Shown here: positions 26,880 to 40,900 of the stretch, one piece after another
Layout: the number at the start of each line of letters is the position of its first letter
Position numbering within the stretch: position 1 is the first letter of the stretch
Origin: Eledone cirrhosa
Lineage: Eukaryota
NCBI GenBank assembly: GCA_964016885.1
Contig: OZ024742.1
Location: forward strand, 272,180,001-272,244,000
Direction of reading: 5' to 3'
DNA: 64,000 nt
The notes under the pieces: model-generated
Told to the model about the DNA's origin: nothing
Databases searched by the model: none
What the model saw: only the letters and a program-made list of their open reading frames with translations
Made by a program: the position numbers and the translations under genes

Positions 26880-27930
26880 TGTTTAGTTTGTAATAATTAA
26901 ACGCTTGTAGGTTTTTATGTGGGCAAGTGGAAAAAATGTCTTGTTTCTTATTTAAAAGGTTAGCTTAAGAATTAATAATTAGTTGAGATTCAAGGAGGCG
27001 TAATCTACATATTTTTTGTAAGCGTTATTCCTGGAGGATCTACCTAATATTTCCTAATTCAATGTACATGATATGTTCTTATTTTATAGTTCCCAGATAA
27101 AACTAGCTAATGATGTCATATGTTTTAATTTAGGTTTTAAGAAAAAAATGAAGATGGGAATTAAATCGTTTTGAAGGTAGTTCGTGTGTACAGTTAAAAC
27201 TATCGAGAGGTGTTAACTGTGCAACCATATGCTATATTATCAGTTAAGCGTTTATGGCTAAGTGGGTATAATTTTTTTATTTCTACAGCTAGAATTTGGA
27301 TTAATTATAGAATTAATATGAGAGATTTCAGATCTTAGGTTAATGTAATTAATTGGAATATTACTGCAGCTGCTCGTGCTAATATTTATTTATATAGTTA
27401 GATGTGATACGTATGTTATTCATTGCACCAGGTAGTCGGATATTGATATTATAATTTTGGTTATTTTGGTTGGATTTATTCAATAACTGTTTCTTATTAT
27501 TCAGTTTATAGGATTAGTAATATTTTTTTTCCTATTGTTTTTTCCTATTGTTACTAAAAGCTAATTTTGCGGCTATATTATGAGTAGTTGTAAATGAAAA
27601 TTTAATCGTTTTTTTGTTAATTAGTTTATGCTATCTATGTCCAGGTGAGACGTCCATATCTATTATGGATAAGAAGGGATCGGGTATGTTAGATGTGCTT
27701 AAACTAAACGGTTTATTTAAACTGCTTTTAATCCCCTGCGATTTCGGTGTTTGTTTTTTCTTGATTGAGGTTTATATTATTACATTGGTTAATTATATGC
27801 CTGGGCATATAATTTGTTTCCGGTGGTTTATATTTTGTGTTAATATTATGCTCGGTTATACGTTTTATGTTGGGATTAAAGGGTTTAGGTAAATGTGTGT
27901 TTTTGTTGTTCTTATATATTTTACTATTAT
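26880..27930 (-). pseudogene. Heavily degraded Naiad-like PLE 3' half
   Basis: Manual translation: NKPFSLSTSNIPDPFLSIID..PGHR*HKLINKKTIKFSFTTTHN (~27570-27720), RFNSHLH..TSLASFIWEL, ICRLRLLES..LLNKKQDIFSTCPHK. Confidence 0.75.
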
Positions 27931-27934
27931 TATT

Positions 27935-28170
27935 GGTGAATTGGCAGTATCGTAGAGGGTTGGACGTCATGCTTTCTAGCATAGTTACGTCCATTTACTG
28001 TCTAAGTTCAAATCCCGTCGAGGTTAACTTTGCCTTTCATCCTTATGGGGTCGAGAAAATAAAGTACCAGTAATGTACTAGGTAATTGCTGGCCTTGTGC
28101 CAACAGTAGAAACAATTATTATTAGAAACAATTATTATCAGAAACAATTATTATTAGAAACAATTATTAT
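27935..28170 (+). mobile_element. tRNA-derived SINE (same family as 18283) with tandem AGAAACAATTATTATT tail x4
   Basis: ttggcagtatcgtagag..gttcaaatccc..actttgcctttcatccttatggggtcg; 16-bp tail repeats at ~28108-28170. Confidence 0.88.
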
Positions 28171-28552
28171 CTTGCAATGCCACTACCAATAGCTTTGTCT
28201 AACTTAGCTATAAGCTACCCCTCTTTTCTACTTTTTCTGACGCTACCTCTTTGCTAAACTCTATCGAAATTACACTAATGCTGCTTTTGAGCTCTTGCCA
28301 CCACCTGATGTTGACGACCACTTCTGTCAACTTTTGCTTAACTATATTGTTAAGCCGGTCCCTATAAGACTCACGTGCTGGAAATGACATTTCAGCATCC
28401 AGTAGCCAGGTCCTAACATGCGCGTCATATCTAGGTCGAGCATAGAGAACACAAATTTGCGATCTAAATAGGCGATTGTCTTAAAATGTGGACAACGTAC
28501 TCTATTTTTATCTATCTTCCTAATGAAAATCCTGTCTATATACGATGTAGAT

Positions 28553-30300
28553 CAAAGGTTCTCAACGGGGGCAGATGCACCCCGGGAGGGGGGGAGGGCG
28601 TTTCGGAAATCCAGGGGGGGGGCGTTTAGGAGCAAGGGGGCGTTAGGGGACCGTTTGAAGCTTTGAGAGGCGCTAGGATGCGCTGGAATGCTCTTTACTT
28701 TGGTAAGTTTTATAAGCCATATGTATATGTCTTTGAGACAGCCAGTGTGAATGCATTTGAATGAGCATGCAGACAGTATAACTAAGGAGGTAATACGCAC
28801 ATCTAGGACCACATACAACACACAAGCAGGTAATACATACAGCTAGGACCACATGCAATACATAAGCAGGTAATACATACATCTAGGACTACATACAACA
28901 CACAGGCAGGTAATACATACATCTAGGACCACTTACAACACACATTGCATCATGTGCTACAGACGACGCAAGCGCAATGGTAGGCCAACATAAAGGTTTC
29001 GTCACTCTTCTGAAGAGAGAAAGTCTATCTGTATTTGCTGTTCATTATGTCATTCATCGACAACTCTTGGTTGCGAAGAAACTCAGCGAGCCGCTGAGCG
29101 TCCTTGCAGGTGGCCATTGATGACATCAATTTTATCAAACGGCATTTCCTCTATGAACGAATTTTCCGGCAACTGTGGCAAGATAATGACGAAGAATTCG
29201 TCAAATTGCTCCTTCATACTGAAATGAGGTGGCTTTCAAAGGGCAAGTGCCTTACTCACTTCTTTGAACTCTTCGATTCTATCATTGAGTTTCTGCGAGG
29301 ACGCAACACAGAACTGTACAAGAAAACCCTTGATGTGAGGCAAGACTGCGCCTACCTCACCGACATCTTCCCAAAATAGGTGAACCCCTTTTTGGGATGC
29401 AAGAGGAAATCTAGCATCGATTTCCACACCTACATGTAGAGGCTAAGAGATTTGCTCTGCCTTTTCAAAGCTCATACTTAGTCGTGACGGGGTTTGGCGC
29501 TGTTTCCAGACTGTACAGTAAGGCTCGCAAGCGCTACAATGTAATTACACGTGGAGATCTCCGGCTACATCTTAAAAAAAACCTAGCCTGGCGTCAAAGT
29601 GTTAGCTAAACTACATGAAGCTCAAGGGTCCCATTGAAATAAGGTCAAAATTAAAGTAAGTTGATTTATCCGAAAACTTGGATATTCTATTGTTACAAAG
29701 TAAACTAACAATTTTTTTATTTGTACTTGCAGTCTGACTGGACTGGAAACCATCTACTTCAATTCACTTACTCATTTGTTATATATATTTTGCCATTTAC
29801 TAATAAATATACCCTCTTACGTGGTCATGAAAACACTCTTCCGTGGTCTCTAAGCTCACAAAGCAGAGGGGGACATCAAGTTAGATATCAACATTTATCC
29901 TGTCCATTTCATTAAAGGGGACATTGGAAAGCTTTGAAATGATATCATTGCCACTTTCTTCCAGATAAGAGCACACTTGGGAAAGACAGAGTTGCTCTTG
30001 TATAAATGTTCAAAATAGCTGGTATCGCCTGGTGAGAATATAACAAATTCCACTGGTCCTTATTCATAAAAAGAACATTTATGTTCCTTTTTTTTAAATT
30101 TATATATTTCCTTTCAAGGAATGTATTAATACTCTCAGCTGCCTGCAATGGTATATTTGGAATATTGTTAATCAATTTTTTAGTAATCTACTGATAAAAA
30201 GATCAGTAGTATATTGAAAAATGGAAAAATAGGGTAGGGGCGTTTCGTGATTTCGAGGAACAAAAAGGTGCGTTTGGCCTGAATGGCTTGAGAACCTGTG
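28553..30300 (+). mobile_element. hAT (Charlie/Buster-type) DNA transposon, internally deleted
   Basis: TIRs CAAAGGTTCTCAA / TTGAGAACCTGTG; 8-bp TSD ATGTAGAT (28545-28552) / ATCTAGAT (30301-30308) fits NTCTAGAN; transposase remnants CATDDASAMVG, HYVIHRQ, LLLHTEMRWLSKG, AYLTDIF, SSYLV..GF..GDLRL..QGSH* (~28947-29637). Confidence 0.92.
28788..28947 (+). repeat. Minisatellite, 40-bp unit x4, inside the hAT
   Basis: Unit aggtaatacatacatctaggaccacatacaacacacaagc at 28788, 28828, 28868, 28908. Confidence 0.95.
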
Positions 30301-31874
30301 ATCTAGATGACCCTATGCGGTTGGTCCAGTTCCCATGTCGCACTAAGGAAATCTAGTCGGTAACTGTCAGATTTGACGCAACTGGCTGATCAGGTACAAG
30401 ATGCTTTTGAACCCTCCCCCCCTCCATATTATCAGCTACTTCCACACTATCCCAGCATGCGTCTAAGATGCCGTTCCAGTCTCCCGCTGACAATAAAGGG
30501 TGAGACATACACACAAACTCTCCCAGGGCCTTAAAGTCATCAGGTCGTCAGGCCAGAGTAGGAGCGAAGACGGCCAGCAATCAAAAGGTACTACCTCCGC
30601 TATTGTTCACGTCCAGGACCACCTACATACCGCCCGGGTCCCGGCAGATCGAACTTACATTAAGACCGAAAGCTTTACTAAACAGCACTTCCAGTCCTCC
30701 ATCCGTTTCCAGCCTCCTTAATAGATGCGAGGATCTGCTAGACTTCGAGAATGGGCGCTAGTGCAAGCGTGTCAGAAAACCTATTCTCGCTGACGGCAAT
30801 AACATCCATTTATAGAAACCCGAGTTCGTTGATCAGGTGCGCCTGCTACCAAAGCGATCCTAGTCCATGAACATATAAACAAACATCTCTTAGTGTGGCT
30901 GTGTTGTCAGGTCAAAAAAGAAAGGAAAAGTTCACTTACCCCCGAATTCTTGTGGAGGTCTTGTTGGTTGACGTCTATGATTGGTGGTGTTTCTATTAGG
31001 AATCCCTTTAAGAGCCTACTCGTGGCTTTTACATTAGCGGTCTCCACGTCGTCGGGAAGGCTGTCCATAGTATTTTTATAAGTTTGTATTGGTAACCGCA
31101 CCAATCTCAGTGTTTGGGGCACTTTGAGGGTGCGGGTGTGAAGTATATGTCCCTCTTCTCAATGCTCAATGTCTTTACTTCAACTTACAAGGGCCATATA
31201 TTATTCGTTGCCCACCTCGCTTTGTAACACGAAGTTCGGTGTGTCTGTTTTAGTTGGTTCCTGCGTGTGTTTTTCTTTGTTTAGGATGGTTTGTGCTTTA
31301 GCCGGTGTTGTCGACCTTTGTGGAATTGCTGTTGTAGGTATGTCTGTGTTTGCCGCGTGTATGTGTTTTGTGTGCTTGATGGTGTGTGTGGTGCTGTATT
31401 TTTTTCTTTTTTTGTGCTTTCTATTGGGTCTTTTTGGCTTACTGGGGTTTCCCCCTCCTGTTCAATTGGAGAAGTGGAGAAACTGGTGTCTGGGGATTCT
31501 GTGTCAGAGGGGAGTGGGAGTCTGTTTACGGGTGTGTGCGTTTTTTCTCTGTGTATGCCATGGCGTAGATATTAGAATACAACAGGAGAAAACTGGATAG
31601 TACCACTGATAATGTCACAGATGTGTGACGAAAGAATTTTGATATACTATATATATATATATATATTGATATTTGTATTTTTAGCCGTTGTTCAAACAAC
31701 GATAACCTTTCGTTGCCAGATGAATTAATTAATAAACTATAAAAGATTCAGAAGCGAAAATCAAACCAAACAAAATAGTGAGAGCGTTTTATTATTATTT
31801 CTGGCAATATTATAACAATATGACCCGCTCCCTATATAACATTATATATATATATATATATGTATATATAATTA

Positions 31875-32555
31875 TAATTGGGGCTCAGAAATAGCGATAT
31901 ATATATGAATGTATATATAGTGTATTTTGTAATACACTGTATGCTTAATTAAAAGCATTTCGAAGACATTACGCTAGTGTTTTAGAGTAGTGTCAGTCTC
32001 ACTTACTTTAAATTTTCAGCAAACAGCGGAGATAAAGCTGACATAGCTCTGTTTCGTACGTTTTGGTACTACTCCATCTTTTTGATGAAAATCATGAATG
32101 TGTAATTCTTATAGAATTCTAGTAATAATCAGGAACTGATTATACAGAGCGGTTGCTGGTCAAGCAAAAAATATAAAATTAAAATTGGTGCTCTGAACTA
32201 GCGATATATATATGAATGTATATGTAGTGTATTTTGCAATACACTATATATACATTCATATATATATCGCTATTTCAGAGCACCAATTCTGCTTGACCGG
32301 CAACCGCTCTGTATAATCAGTTCCTGATTATTACTAGAATTCGATAAGAATCAAACATTCAAGATTTTCAGCAAACAGGTGGAGTAGTTAGCTTTGATAA
32401 GTACCAAAAAGTACGAAACAGAGCTCTGTCAGCTATATTTTCCCTGTTTGCTGAAAATTTAAAGTAAGTGAGACTACCACTACTCTAAAACAATAGCGTA
32501 AGGTCTTCGAAATGCTTTTAATTAAGCATACAGTGTATTGCGAAATACACTATAT
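31875..32555. mobile_element. Retrozyme-like ~310-bp unit: >1 unit on minus, then an inverted unit on plus
   Basis: Homologous to 4169-4768; intact HHR agct-TTGATAA-gtac-caaaaa-gtac-GAAA-caga-gc-tctg-TC-agct at 32390-32434. Confidence 0.8.
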
Positions 32556-32559
32556 ATAC

Positions 32560-32600
<41 letters not shown>

Positions 32601-32603
<3 letters not shown>

Positions 32604-32775
32604 CGAAGGAAATGTGGTAAGGAACCAGGTGGACCATAACGCACCAAAGTACTCAATACTTGAGGTAGTAGAGTGGGTAATAGGAACCAGTAAGACCCCG
32701 ACAGCTGAGCTCAAGCCGTTTCGACGAATTAGCCGTCGAAACGGCTTGAGCTCAGCTGTCGGGGTCTTACTGGTT

Positions 32776-32780
<5 letters not shown>
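32601..32780. mobile_element. Miniature PLE terminus plus fold-back (47-bp arms, 32680-32780)
   Basis: Terminal module aacgaaggaaatgtggtaaggaaccaggtggaccataacgcacc recurs at ~19115-19198, ~26152-26235 and ~56072-56150; arms are the 3' half of the 13383 hammerhead family. Confidence 0.75.
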
Positions 32781-32841
<61 letters not shown>

Positions 32842-33119
32842 AGTACAGCATATTCGAAGTTCGATCAGCAGCTAAGCCAACGAATGCCTTCAGCAGTGCA
32901 GCCAAGCACTCGACGAGAAATAGACCTCAGATTAGTAACATACAGTTTAAGAGGCTTTGCAAATTGGAAATAGAGACAGCTAATTCAGCCGCGTGATCTG
33001 TAGCAACGAAAGAACTGACTAGTGAGAACAGCAAATACACACACACACATAAACACATATATATATACATATAAAAATATGCATACATACATATATGCAC
33101 ATATCTGTATATATAACAT

Positions 33120-33267
<148 letters not shown>

Positions 33268-33408
33268 TTATGTTTGTTATATAAATTTGTTAGGTATATT
33301 ACAATACCTGATGATATCACCGGATTCATATGGAACCGGTCATTGAAATGTTCGTAGTATAATAAACCTTTAAAGGATTTACACCATTCCAGCCTCCTGA
33401 TATTTTAT

Positions 33409-33480
<72 letters not shown>

Positions 33481-33481
<1 letters not shown>

Positions 33482-36400
33482 CAAAATAAGATGCTGCGGT
33501 TATATATATCGTTTAATCATAATGAATAATTCCACGGTTCTCCATGCAATCGAGATGTCCTTCATGCATTTGCTGTTGATTATGAGAACGGTATCCTCAG
33601 ATGAAAATTGATGTATTTGATATGTCGCTGGCAGGAAAACACACATCCTAATGCCTGTGTGCCCAGCATACATATGTGTTCCTTGAAATGTTTGCCAGCC
33701 GTCGTCTTTCCTAGAAAAAGTTATCAACGAAAAAATACGAAAATAACGAGGATCTGTGTGCAACCAAAACCCAATAGACTGTGGAAACAATATATTGAGC
33801 TCTAAGGGGGCGGGGATATATATTTTGTTGACAACCACCTATAGACAACAACTACAAGAACAAGAACAACAACAACAACGACACATCAAACAACGGCAAT
33901 ATCATCAAACCACCGACCAATGTTGTCCACACTGGTCGCAATAGTCGTGGTGATACCACCACCCTATTAACAACTAAAACAACAGCTTCAATAAATACAA
34001 CGACAACAACAGCAACAAACAACAGCAACAGCAAAAACACAGACCAGCGTGGTGTATACAGGTCGTAGACGTCGTAGTGACAGTACCACCCTGTCGCCAA
34101 TAAACAGTGATAACGCCAAAGCAATAAAATGGAATTCAGCGGTATGTGGGTTCACATAGTTGGTGGTATCAATTACCATGACCATAAATAGCAACAACAA
34201 CAATGGTAACGGCATCAAGCACCGACACTGCCCATCACCCACACCGTTCATCGTAGTAGTGGTGGTATCATCTATGTTAGTATTAAGCCATCGGTAATAC
34301 CACCACAAACAACAACAGGCACACCAGTGATGACCCCACCACGGCGACGGCGGCAATAGGTAAAAGCCACGCTTCCATGAAAAATAAACTAATCACAATA
34401 CTAGTCCGTTGAATGAAGGAAATGAAAATGGGATAGAAATATAGATGGGTATTTCTGTAAACAAATACATTCCCAGTTAATACAATCCTCTTTAATCCTC
34501 TGTAAGGCACAAGGGAAGCAATGACCATAGCATCCAGTCCCAACTACAGTGGCAACACTATTATTAAATGGGCTGTTAGGCCATAGAAGATAGTTACGGG
34601 AAGCGAAAGTAGGGATAGGAACAAGCAGATAAGACACGAGAACGCATATAGAGAACACAATAATAAAAGAACGGGACAAAAATACATATTAAAAAACAGT
34701 AGGTATATATACAGAGAAATAAGGAACAAAGAACAAGAAACATGTACACATAGAGACTCCAGGTGTGCAAACAAGACATCCAGGTTCGTTTGACGCTGGA
34801 GTTGCTGCGTGACAATGCCCGGCTTCCACGGGCAAGTTTGCAATAGTCTTCATCTAGTACAACTACGTGGTTAGTCTGTAAACTTTGAGGAACGTTCCAG
34901 ATGATCTGTGCGGACAGGTGCTGAAGAGGATACTCCTTTCATTGATAACTTGAGCTCCCATCCCGATTATTTCCATAATATCGGTGACACACACACATCG
35001 CACGAGTCATGTCCAACTCCTCTGTAGGGTAGGGCCGAGGCTACCCTGGACAACGACAAGGTGAATTGTATGTTATCATGTTTGAGATGCCACAATAGTT
35101 GCGAGAAGGCGGTGCTGTGTTTCTCATCAACCATCTTAAAGGCGTGGCAGTGATTGTACAAGCGTTCCTTAAATTCATTAGCTGTGGCTCCGATATAGGT
35201 GAAGATATGGTTGTTGGTATTCACCCGACATTCATATACTAAGCCACTGCCGAGGCACCTACCCTCCAGGGGGAAGTTACTGGGGTTTCTACAATTACAG
35301 CCCGGAGAGGGTGTTGCCACCCGGATCCCGGATAGCATTGTATGAATTCACGGTCTTTCACAGTTTAAGACGTTACCAACAGAGGAAGAGGTATTTGCGC
35401 GGTGCGTTTCCTCACGGTTGCTGTTTCACATGGAGTTGCGGTTATTTGTTAATCTACTGCGGTTGAAGGCTTCTATATTTTGTGCTAGGGTTCTAGTGGA
35501 GTTGTGGAGTAGGACAATTTAGTCGTGTACCTGTTGAAAATAGCGTGATACCGGTGTTGCTTATGTAAGTGCTTATTCAACGCCCTGAAGAAAGAGGCCG
35601 CTATGTTGTTGCGTAAACCGGCGTAGAAGAGGGGGTTAAACCAAATGACATTACGGGAACGCGTTCGCTTCTTGTTGTAGTCACCAGTTCCCGCACCCAT
35701 TCCGTCAGAGTATGTGTCGCGTATTTGCTGTGGACGTCTGGAAGAGCCATGCCCACAAATTCGTCGCTGCCCGTTGGGTTGGTTAAGCCGATCGGAGCAC
35801 TCCGAACTGAGAGCTCTCGGTTTATGTCCCCCGTAGCTCCACCGCGTCGGTTTCCTTGTTTTTCAATGTAGCTGAGGTCCGGTCCCTTCCTAATAAGCCA
35901 TGTTTAACAGTCCTCCAGGATTACGCTGTAGTGTACCAAGGATGAGTAATGAAGTCCTAGTCGTGTTGGTCCCGTCGTTGTTTCCTACTGATGTGTTACT
36001 GTCAACGCTAACGTAATTCATTAGACTGGGTATGAACTTAATTCCTTCCTTGAAACCTGCATTACGAAGGGCATTATTATAATAGCTAGCTATGCTATTG
36101 AAGATTTCCTGGCTAGCTGACAGAGAAGAAATCCTACGGAATACGCTATTAACCATGGCTCTCGTGACTGATCCGGGATTTACGTAATTGAGGCAGTCGT
36201 TCGGGTTGTGGTACGGGTAGTAGAGGCCGGATTCTAGATTGAGGGTAACATCCAGGAAGTTGACTATCTTTCTATTATTTTCTATGTCTATGCTGAGGCC
36301 TTGGTTTTTGAAAAATGTAATTAAGCGATTTATAATGCTGTTGCTGTGGTCGTAGCGTAAACAACGCATCGTCGCGGTATATTCCACCGCCTAACGATGT

Positions 36401-37686
36401 GATCTTGCTTTTCAGGTTCCTGAGGCTGTAGGTAGATGCCCACCAGGTAATTAACCTGAGCCGAGTCGCTCGATCTCATCGTTATGTCAACATTGTCTGA
36501 CCACTCTCTCCTAGTCCAGAGCTCACCTTCGAAACCTATCAGTGTCTTCCTGGCAGTATGAATTATGTTAATTTCATCCCTGGTTAAATCAGTATGCCTG
36601 TGTGCAAACATAAGTGCTTTCTTAAGCACCACCGAGGAGATGGATGCATAATAATTACATATATCTAGCTGTATAAAATGTGTCCTACCTTTGCACTTCA
36701 GGCCGTTAAACCACTCAACCAGTTCCCTCGTTCTGGACCATTGATGTAATTGGATCTATTTCCTAAGGGTTGGTATGATCCTGTCCAGTATTTTCATCCT
36801 GATACACCCGATGTCAGGGTTTGATGGTACTATAAGTCTGACTGGGAGTTCCGTTCCGAAGTTCGGTGTTTGGTCCTTCAGCAGGATACAGGGTTCTTTG
36901 AGTTAGTAAGGTCGGGTCCTTCCCACGATGCTGATTGTATTCACTATTCTATTTGTCCGCTCATTATTGTCGTCAAGGTTAGCCTGTTTAGTTTTTCTGT
37001 AATTTTTTCTAAGTTCCTTAAGTATGAGTTTTCTATAAGTTGCTGCATCCAAGTTATAGAGGTTACCCGTTTTATCCGCACGAACAAGGATTCCGACTGA
37101 ACGTTTTAGTGCAGATATCCTATTCGCTAGTTTCTTGAGGTGAGGCTGCTCCTTAGATGGGAACCTATTGAATTTGACGCCTGAAATAATATTGGCCATC
37201 TCTTTCTCTAAGACAACCATAGTTTTTCGGTGGGTTTTTCTAGATTTAAAAGTGAACGTAGAGTCCGGGTTACCAGTGTTCAAGATTGCATCCTATTTTC
37301 AGCTGCTTATTCTCAAAGTGCTTAAGACTGCTGAAGCTGTAAGTGTTTGGAGAAGATTGTTTCGGTAAAAACAGGAGTAAGCAGGAGAAAGCTCTCAACA
37401 AGGGTTGTTTTTATTTACGATTTAGAATTTTATGAAAATAACAAAATAAGATGCTGAGGATATATATCGTTGATAGATTTTTCTATCAAACACAACGGTA
37501 GGCAAACCCTTCAAGGAACTCTTATGGCACACATATGGCCTGGGCACACAGGCATTAGGACGTGTGTTTTCCTACCAGCGACGTATCAAACACTTGGTTT
37601 TTCATCTGAGGATACCATTCTCATAATCAATAGCAAATGCATGAAGGACATCTAGATTGCCTGGAGAACCGTGGAAATAATTGTTA
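33481..37686 (-). mobile_element. Naiad-like PLE family E, degraded, with partial tandem and inverted pLTR
   Basis: FTFKS, LVRADKTGNLY, VNFLDVTLNLESGLYYPYH, RNVIWFNP..HRYHAIFNRYTTKLSYSTT, CNCRNPSNFPLEGRCL..VYECRV..YIGATANEFKERLYNH; ORF remnant ~34865-37340; the inverted pLTR resumes at 44085-44219. Confidence 0.9.
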
Positions 37687-37832
37687 CTAGCAGAATGGCC
37701 CGGCGCTGTTCGGGATTTGCTCTAAGGTTCTTATATATTTGATATATATTTATCCTTATCGAGCCTCGTGAAATAAATACGTCTGTTTATATTTTGTTAT
37801 TGTGTATGCCAAAATATATCTACACGAATATA

Positions 37833-37945
<113 letters not shown>

Positions 37946-37949
37946 GTAA

Positions 37950-40900
37950 TAGAATATTTACGTATCGAGAGAGAGAAAAGGAGGGATAGGTGATACATGT
38001 AGTTATTTGCCAAATAGCGTATGTAGAGGGTGCTCAATACTAGTGCCGGCAGTGTTAAATATTAGAAGTGTTAATATCTAGTTGGCGCGAGAATTGGCAG
38101 AGCGTAAGCACGTGGAAAAGTAAAATATAGAAGAACAGACCGTTAAAACATGTTTATTTACAATAGTACATACGTACGTTTCGCCCGAATAGGCTTCTCA
38201 AGGGCATAAATAACTAAAAATTGCTCCTTACATGGCTCGGAATGTGTTTTTAGTGATACGTTCACGTCAGAGTTCATTCTTCGCAAAAAAGCATGTTTTG
38301 ATTTTGCAGTAGGTCAAGGGCGGTAATTCTAATCGGTGTTAGGGCATTCTTTCCCGGACACATATTTTTTATCCGTTTCAAGATGTGGTTACAACCTTAG
38401 CATTGTCGATACGCACAGAGTCAGGTTGCAACGTTTGTTTCCTGCACCTGCTCGACTGTGTCAATTGAAGCCGGGTCTGGGATACATGGTTAGTTTCCGG
38501 GTGGTTTTTGCATCGCCTGCCCGCCGGGGTGTTAAGGCTTGGTGCAGGGAGACCCGGTATACGGTTTCACTCCTCGTTCTTATTCCATATGAAGTAGGAT
38601 AGTTTTAAGCGGTGTGAACAACTTATCGTCGATTCAGCTCTGCTGTTCATGAGCTCGTGGGGTGCCTTATAATGTGGTAGAGTTCCATGAGGCAAAGATC
38701 GCACTTCCTCTTGAAGTTGTACTGTGCATCCCTGACGACAATTTGCCAGTCTTTTAATGATGTGATGTAGTTGGCGAGCAAAGAGGAGTGTCTTAATTTC
38801 TTATTTGCGAAAGTGTGGAGATGTGTTCGAAACCTAATTTCGAACGGGCCAGAGATAGCCCTATATAATGTTTAACGTTATCGTGGCTAATTACAGTGCA
38901 CCTACATATAACCGTATCAGTCAAGCAGTATCCCCTAATGGGGCAGCGTCCTCTTTCGCTGCAGTTGCAATTTCGGTCACGCTCGCTACTAGTTCCCACG
39001 GTAAGGCTATTATTAATGCTAACTGCGTTGTTACCTACGCTCCCACACCTGTCGTTAGCACCATTATAACCCAATGTGCGCGGATTGGTACAATTATTAT
39101 TCCGCACGCAGCCTCGTCTTCCATTGCCGCATGGGACCCGTGCAGGTCACCTGCATATTCCCCAGTCATGTCGCGGTTATGCTGGCTGCGTCTGTAGAGG
39201 CTGTTGCCAGCACTATTGGATGCTGCTAGGGAGTCGTTAAGGCCGATATAGTTATTGTCAGGTGTAGGTGCGCCTGTGCTAAGGTGCTGTGTCTTGGTGA
39301 TCTTAATGTGATTAATTGTTCCTATGATGTCCGCTAGGTTAGGAGTAGTGGAGAAGGATATTGTTATACTGTTCCTATTAAGGATTTTCCTATACCTATG
39401 GTTGGGAGGGAAGTTCTTCTCTAAGGCTTCGAAGAATATATGTGGTATGTCGGAGGCCACTCTCCGAGAGTAGGGGGGATGGAACTATAGGACGTTACGG
39501 TTGCGATTACACGTCTTTGTACTTTTGCTACGGGTAGTGCCATCAGGGTGACCGTTCTTATGCATGTTAATGCGCTGTAGCCCGCTACGTGCCCATTTCG
39601 CTTTATGCTCGGGTGCACTCTTCTTCCTTCTTCTCTGTTTATGTACAGGAAGTTGTTGGTTGGAAGGCGTTGGTAGTAGGCCATCGCCTTTGTTGATCCC
39701 ATAGCAGGGGAATAATTCGAGTAGGCTACAGTGGTCACTGTCTCCCACCGGGGTCGTGATCATTTTTGTGTGGTAAGTTACCTATACTATCACCGGCTTA
39801 CATTCGACTCCTCCGAAATCGCCGCGTGATCGGTTATAGGTATGGCTTACTATAAAGTTCGTCTTATGAGGGGAATGGTTTCGGGAGCTAGCGTTAGGGA
39901 TGTAGGAAATTCCTCGGTTAAAGCCGGCGCTTATCAAGGCCCTATTGTAGTAATCTTCCGCTTGGTTGAAGATATTCTCATTGGCGGAGAGCCTCGAGAT
40001 CCTATGTGAGATGCTATAGACTATGGAGTTGAGAGTCTGCTTAGGGTGGTTGGAGGCATAAGTAATATAATAAAGGCTCTCTCCAGGCTTATGGTATGGC
40101 TTGTATAGGCTCGTACTCAACTCCAGGGTCACGTCCAGGAAGTTGACAACCTGGTGGTTGAGGTCTATAGTTACGGAAGGCCGTATGTCTTGAAGAACCT
40201 GTGTATATGCTTGTTAAGTTTCTCTATTCTACGAGGGCTATACTTCCTAACGGTAAACAGGGCGTCGCTCCTATATACACCACCTTGTAGGGCCGGTATC
40301 TCGTCCATAAGCTTATGGAGGAGGTATATTCCGACCAGGTGAGTTACTTGCACCGATTCACTGGACCCGATCGTGATATCGAAGTTATCAGGACGGTTGG
40401 CTCTGGTTCAGTGGGAGCCTTCGAGCTGGATAATGGTTCTATCCGCTCCTAGAACTATGTCTATTTTTTTTTAGTGATGCTAGTGTTAGATTTAGCTAAT
40501 ATGAGTGCCTTATTTAAGAGTATGGGGGAGATAGAGGCGTAGTAACTATCTATGTCAAACTGGATGAACTTCAGGGTCGCTTTATCAGGCAACTCGGTGA
40601 ACCAATCTATGACCTGGTCGGTGTTGCTCGAAAGGCAGACCATAGCCTTTCTATAAAGCTCCAGTAGTACTCTATCGAGGATCACTTTACTAATCTTGCC
40701 TATATCAGATCTAGAGGGACATATTAGTCTAATAGAGGGGCTTTCATTAAAGTTAAATTTGTGATCCCTAAGGGAGAATCTAGGTGTCAAAGGGAGATAC
40801 GGTTTTGTGTACTTTTTTATTTCTAAGCTAGTAACTATATCCTTCCCTGCTCTATTTATGCCATTTAAGGTACTAATGGGTGTCTTTTTGTAGTCATTGT

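Larger units (their letters stand above)
28175..30895 (-). pseudogene. Tx1/L1-like LINE ORF2 AP-endonuclease remnant, interrupted by a hAT
   Basis: CLYVHGL..DVIAVSENR..GGLEVLF..DPGG..VVLDV..LLAVFAP (30540-30890); WTNRIGSSR|SYIDRIFIR..LDRKFV..GPGYW..RWWQELK across the hAT. Confidence 0.8.

Noticed and set aside
26520-27930. AT-rich, strand-skewed block resembling a mitochondrial insertion (NUMT)
   Set aside because: Minus-strand translation gives Naiad-type PLE motifs (HKLINKKTIKFSFTT, TSLASFIWEL, STCPH); no mitochondrial gene motifs seen.
28788-28947. 40-bp repeats as a possible CRISPR array
   Set aside because: Contiguous tandem units with no unique spacers, in eukaryotic transposon context.
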